Positions 60,258-64,000 of a DNA stretch of 64,000 nt are shown piece after piece (within the stretch, counting starts at the first letter, position 1; every line of letters begins with the position of its first letter). Under the pieces are notes generated by a model, which searched no databases, had not been told where the DNA came from, and saw nothing but the letters and a program-made list of their open reading frames with translations. The position numbers and the translations under genes are program-made. Location of the stretch: positions 464,497-528,496 of the forward strand of contig NW_008246096.1 of the NCBI RefSeq assembly GCF_000281045.1, read 5' to 3'. This DNA is from Saprolegnia diclina VS20. Taxonomy: Eukaryota.

Positions 60258-60714
60258 GATCGTCGAGGTTCGGCTTGGATACGCAGGTCGACGGAAACAG
60301 AATACTCGCGTCCCATTGGTTAAAATCGAGCACATTGGCTGACGAGCTTGACTTGGCACACGTCCCTTAAGCCATCGAGCAGGCCAGTCGTCAACTGTTA
60401 TACGCCATTTGCGAGCGTCAGGTACATATTCAGAGCAAACGCAGCTTGATTATATGCACACGCGGTAGAGAGGCAGATGATTCTTTGCAGCAAAAATTGC
60501 CGTAGGACACGGGTCGACTCGTAGTTGGGTGATTTTGGACATCGATTTATGGCGAAACCGAGCTTTGGCGAGCGTCCAAAAGCGCACTTTGTCGAGACGT
60601 CGTTCAACCAACCAAATGAACGCAAATAAGATCAACCACCAAGGGTAAGTCCATGGCGGCGCTCGCTTCCTGCCGATGGCTCATGGCGCAGTAGGAATCT
60701 ATACTCGACGGAGC

Positions 60715-62134
60715 ATGAAGCGACCTAGCAACAACTCCAAGAAGGGCGGTGCGAAGGCCAAGGGCGCGCCCGCGGCCAAGAAGGCCAAGGTCAACGACGC
60801 GGCGTTCGATTGGGGCGAGAACAACATTGCGTCCGATGCCGAAGACTCGGAAGACGAGGCCAAGGCGCCGGCCGAGGACGAAGAGGATCCATATGCACAC
60901 GAGACGGCCGACGAGACGCGTGTGCGCCTCGCCAAGGCCTACTTGGGCAAGTTGAAGGACACGATGGACGAAGACGATGGCTCCGACGCCGAGGCCGACG
61001 CGCGCGTCTCTTCGCAGCTGGACCGCGACGTCCAAGAGGCATCCGGGAAGCTCTTTACGCAGGTCGCTGCCAAGTTTTCCGCGTTTGAGTTTGACGAAGA
61101 GTCGTCCAAGTACCTCTCGGGGCACAAGGCGCCCGTGTCGGCCGTCGCCGCGGCGGAAGACGGCAAGACGATCTACTCGGCGGCCAAGGACGGCTCGCTG
61201 CTCAAGTGGTCGCTCTCGGCCGATGGTATCACAAAGGTGCGCATGGAGCTGCCCAAGACCGAGGACGCTGCGAAGGGCAAGAAGGCCGTGCCAGACCACA
61301 AGAAGACGGTGTTGGCGCTCGCTGTGAGCTCAGATGGCAAGTTTGTTGCGTCGGGCGGCGTCGACAAGCTCTTGCATGTCTGGGACAGCGAAACGAGCTC
61401 GCTGCTCGAGAGCTTCTCGGGCCATCGCGATGCGATTTCTGCGCTTGCGTTCCGGAAGAAGTCGCACATGCTCTTCTCTGGGTCGTTTGACCGTACGGTC
61501 AAGCACTGGAACCTCACGGAAATGGGCTATGTCGAGACGCTCTTTGGTCACCAGAACGAAATCACGGGCATCGACTGCCTCCAGAAGGACCGCGTCGTGT
61601 CGTGCGGCCGCGACGCCAGCGTCCGCCTCTGGAAGATCCCGGAAGAGACCCAGCTCGTCTTCCACGGCACGGGCTCGATCGACTGCATCGCCATGGTCAC
61701 GGACGAGTATTATGTGACGGGCGACGACCTCGGTACGTGATGACACATTGTACCGATCGGGGCACTAAGATGGCGCAGGTGCGATTGCGCTCTGGTTCAA
61801 CGGCAAGAAGAAGGCGGCGCACGTCGTCCACGGCGCCCACGGCAAAAAGTGGGTCAGCGCGGTCGCGGTCCTTCCGCGCACGGACCTCGTCGCAACTGGT
61901 TCGTCGGACGGCTTTGTGCGTCTCTGGCGCGCGAACCTCCAGACGCGCAAGCTCGAGCTCGTGGCGTCGATTCCCGTGCCGGGCTTTGTCAACTCGCTCT
62001 CGTTCCCCAAGGACGGCCGGTACCTCGTCGCGGGGGTCGGCAAGGAGCACCGCCTCGGGCGGTGGGAAGTGCAGAAGCAAGCCAAGAACGGCGTCGTCAT
62101 CATTGCGCTGCCGTCGCTCGACGACGACGCGTAA
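60715..62134 (+). CDS. RRP9: U3 snoRNP-interacting WD40 protein RRP9/U3-55K, 2 exons
   Basis: ETADETRVRLAKAYL, GYVETLFGHQ, LWKIPEETQLVF, GVGKEHRLGRW; intron about 61733-61778. Confidence 0.94.
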
Positions 62135-62540
62135 GCTCGACACGAATATGTCGGATTATGTTAGAAAAATAAGAAAGCCCCGCTTTGCATCACCAGTCCC
62201 ACCCTTCCATAGCTGGCGCACGGCAGTGGACTGACTACACGTCGGCTGCTGCGCCTCTGTCTCGGCGGCAATGGAGGACACCGTGCAAACTCATATCGCG
62301 CTACAGCCGTGACCGAAGTACGAGCAGATCGCCCAACAACAACCAAGGTCCTGATCGAAGCGGCTTCAAGCCGCGCTTGGTGCGACCTTGGTGGTCCCGC
62401 TAGTTAGTATCGAGTGTCATTCCTTTTGTTTTGCTGCATCCACATGCGACAACAGGAGGACTTACGAGTGTGCACTTGGTGAAAAGTCAATGTACAAGCT
62501 TGTACCATCCTAACATGTTGTCCTAGTGTTATAACGTCGA

Positions 62541-63536
62541 CTACATCGGGTTGTCGTCCCAGCACAGCGTTCGCTTGTCGTACGAGGCCGAGAGCGACGA
62601 CTCGCGGTGGGCGCGACTCGATAGGACGCGGACGTGCGGCGCCTCGTGGATCGAGACGGCGAGCGTCGATGGGTCGACTTGCGGGTGCACGATCTTTGCG
62701 ATCCGGAACGCGCCGTCGCCGTTGTGCTCGAGAACCACAAACTCGGCGTTGTGGAAGTTTTCGAGCGCTTCGTACTCGGCGATCGTGTACCGAAAGTAGC
62801 GCATGAGGAGGATGCGGATCGTGACGCCGTGCGCGACGAGCACGTAGTTTTGCTCGGCCTTGCGCATGAACATGCGATGGAGCGACTCGAGGAAGGACGA
62901 GATGCGGTCGTAGACATCTAGTGCACAAGTACTCTGAGCACTCCTCCTTGTGATGATAATGGCAGCATTCTCGTTGTCGTACCGGCCGGCGACTCGCCGC
63001 TCGGGAAGCGATAAAAGAAGCCGCCAAACTTGCGGCGCTGGATTTTGCATTCGCGGATCTGGTCGGGATTTTGAAAGTTGCCAAAGTCCTGCTCGCGGAT
63101 GCGCGGCTCCTCGGTCCATGGGATGTTCGCTGCGGCGTCGCCCCACGCCGCCATGATCTCTTCAAAGGTCTCAATCGTGCGCGTGCACGGCGACACGATG
63201 CAGCGCTACGGGTGTAGGATCAGAGACGACGAGCGCAGCCGCCGCTAGGAAGGGTCGTACCATGGACTCGTCGCCGATGATGGCCTTGATGGCCTCGCCC
63301 GCAGCCCGCGCCTGGCGCTTCCCGAGGTCCGTCAATGGCATCGCGTTGTCGGGCACGTCGCGGTACAAGACCGGGTTGACGTTGCCTTCGCTCTGGCCAT
63401 GGCGCACGAGAATGATGCGGTGGGGCAGCTTCTTGCGGTTGCGGCTGCGCGTGCATCTTCGCGAACTCCAGATGCGCGTGAGGAGGAGTGTGATCGCGAC
63501 GGACGCGGCGACAACAGCAAGGTCCTTGGCGCCCAT
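62541..63536 (-). CDS. Histidine phosphatase / phosphoglycerate mutase family protein (DET1-like), 3 exons
   Basis: IILVRHGQSEGN, VSPCTRT, EPRIREQDFGNFQ, FFYRFPSGES, LVAHG; N-terminal hydrophobic anchor. Confidence 0.9.
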
Positions 63537-64000
63537 GGCAAAAAATTAAATACGCGAAAACCGCCGGCTCCATACAAACGCACAAAGAACCGACGGCCAC
63601 GCATTTATATTTATTTACACGGGTCATTAGGGCACGCCGGAAGCATGGAGGAACATGCAACGCTTGTGGTAGGTTGACGCTTGCGCCATGTACATCACAG
63701 ACCCATCCCACAGCAAAACATTGCATCGCGTCTTGAAGAGGTTGCTTGAAGCAGAGATCGTCGCCGTCGAGGCCGCAGCGACATGCGGCGTGAGTCGCCT
63801 TCAAGCCGAGGACAACAGGATGAGACTGCGAGCTTCTATGCGGGCGGTCCAGTCCACATCGTGGATAGCAAGCCGGCGTCTTTGTGTCTCTTGTTCAAGA
63901 CGTGGCGAATGGCGCCGCTACAGCCACGACGGCGGGGCTATGATGCCGGTACCTCGTGTCCAGCCTGCTACCTACTACCTTGGCCACTTCATGGGCTCAG

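Noticed and set aside
4306..62134. Apparent enrichment of translation and ribosome-biogenesis genes (RPL9, SLX9, DPH4, eIF3i, RRP9)
   Set aside because: They are scattered among unrelated genes, which is compatible with an ordinary housekeeping-rich region.

Overview
Gene-dense eukaryotic DNA with GC-rich coding regions and many short (about 45-62 nt) GT-AG introns. Gene content and style point to a flagellated oomycete, most likely Saprolegniales (inference). About 29 protein-coding genes can be supported. Most are housekeeping: RPL9, SLX9, RRP9, eIF3i, DPH4, PET117, OPA3-like, VPS2/CHMP2, MOB4, a CLK/LAMMER kinase, SPPL, PPAT and an Ac45-like protein. An outer-arm dynein gamma heavy chain lies head-to-head with the centriole protein CCDC61. 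No rRNA, tRNA, CRISPR array or recognisable transposon was seen. The most striking locus is a 4-exon gene (39515-42852, minus strand) encoding a multi-pass membrane + ankyrin-repeat + tandem TIR protein. TIR1 keeps the NADase catalytic Glu and TIR2 has Gln instead, which makes it a candidate immune-like or NAD+-signalling receptor. Other oddities are a BK/Slo-like channel lacking the TVGYG filter, a degenerate diflavin reductase, a GY-repeat Cys-rich surface protein, a PH-DUF1399 fusion, and several non-coding palindromes and repeats. Gene models were spliced by eye and no database searches were run.
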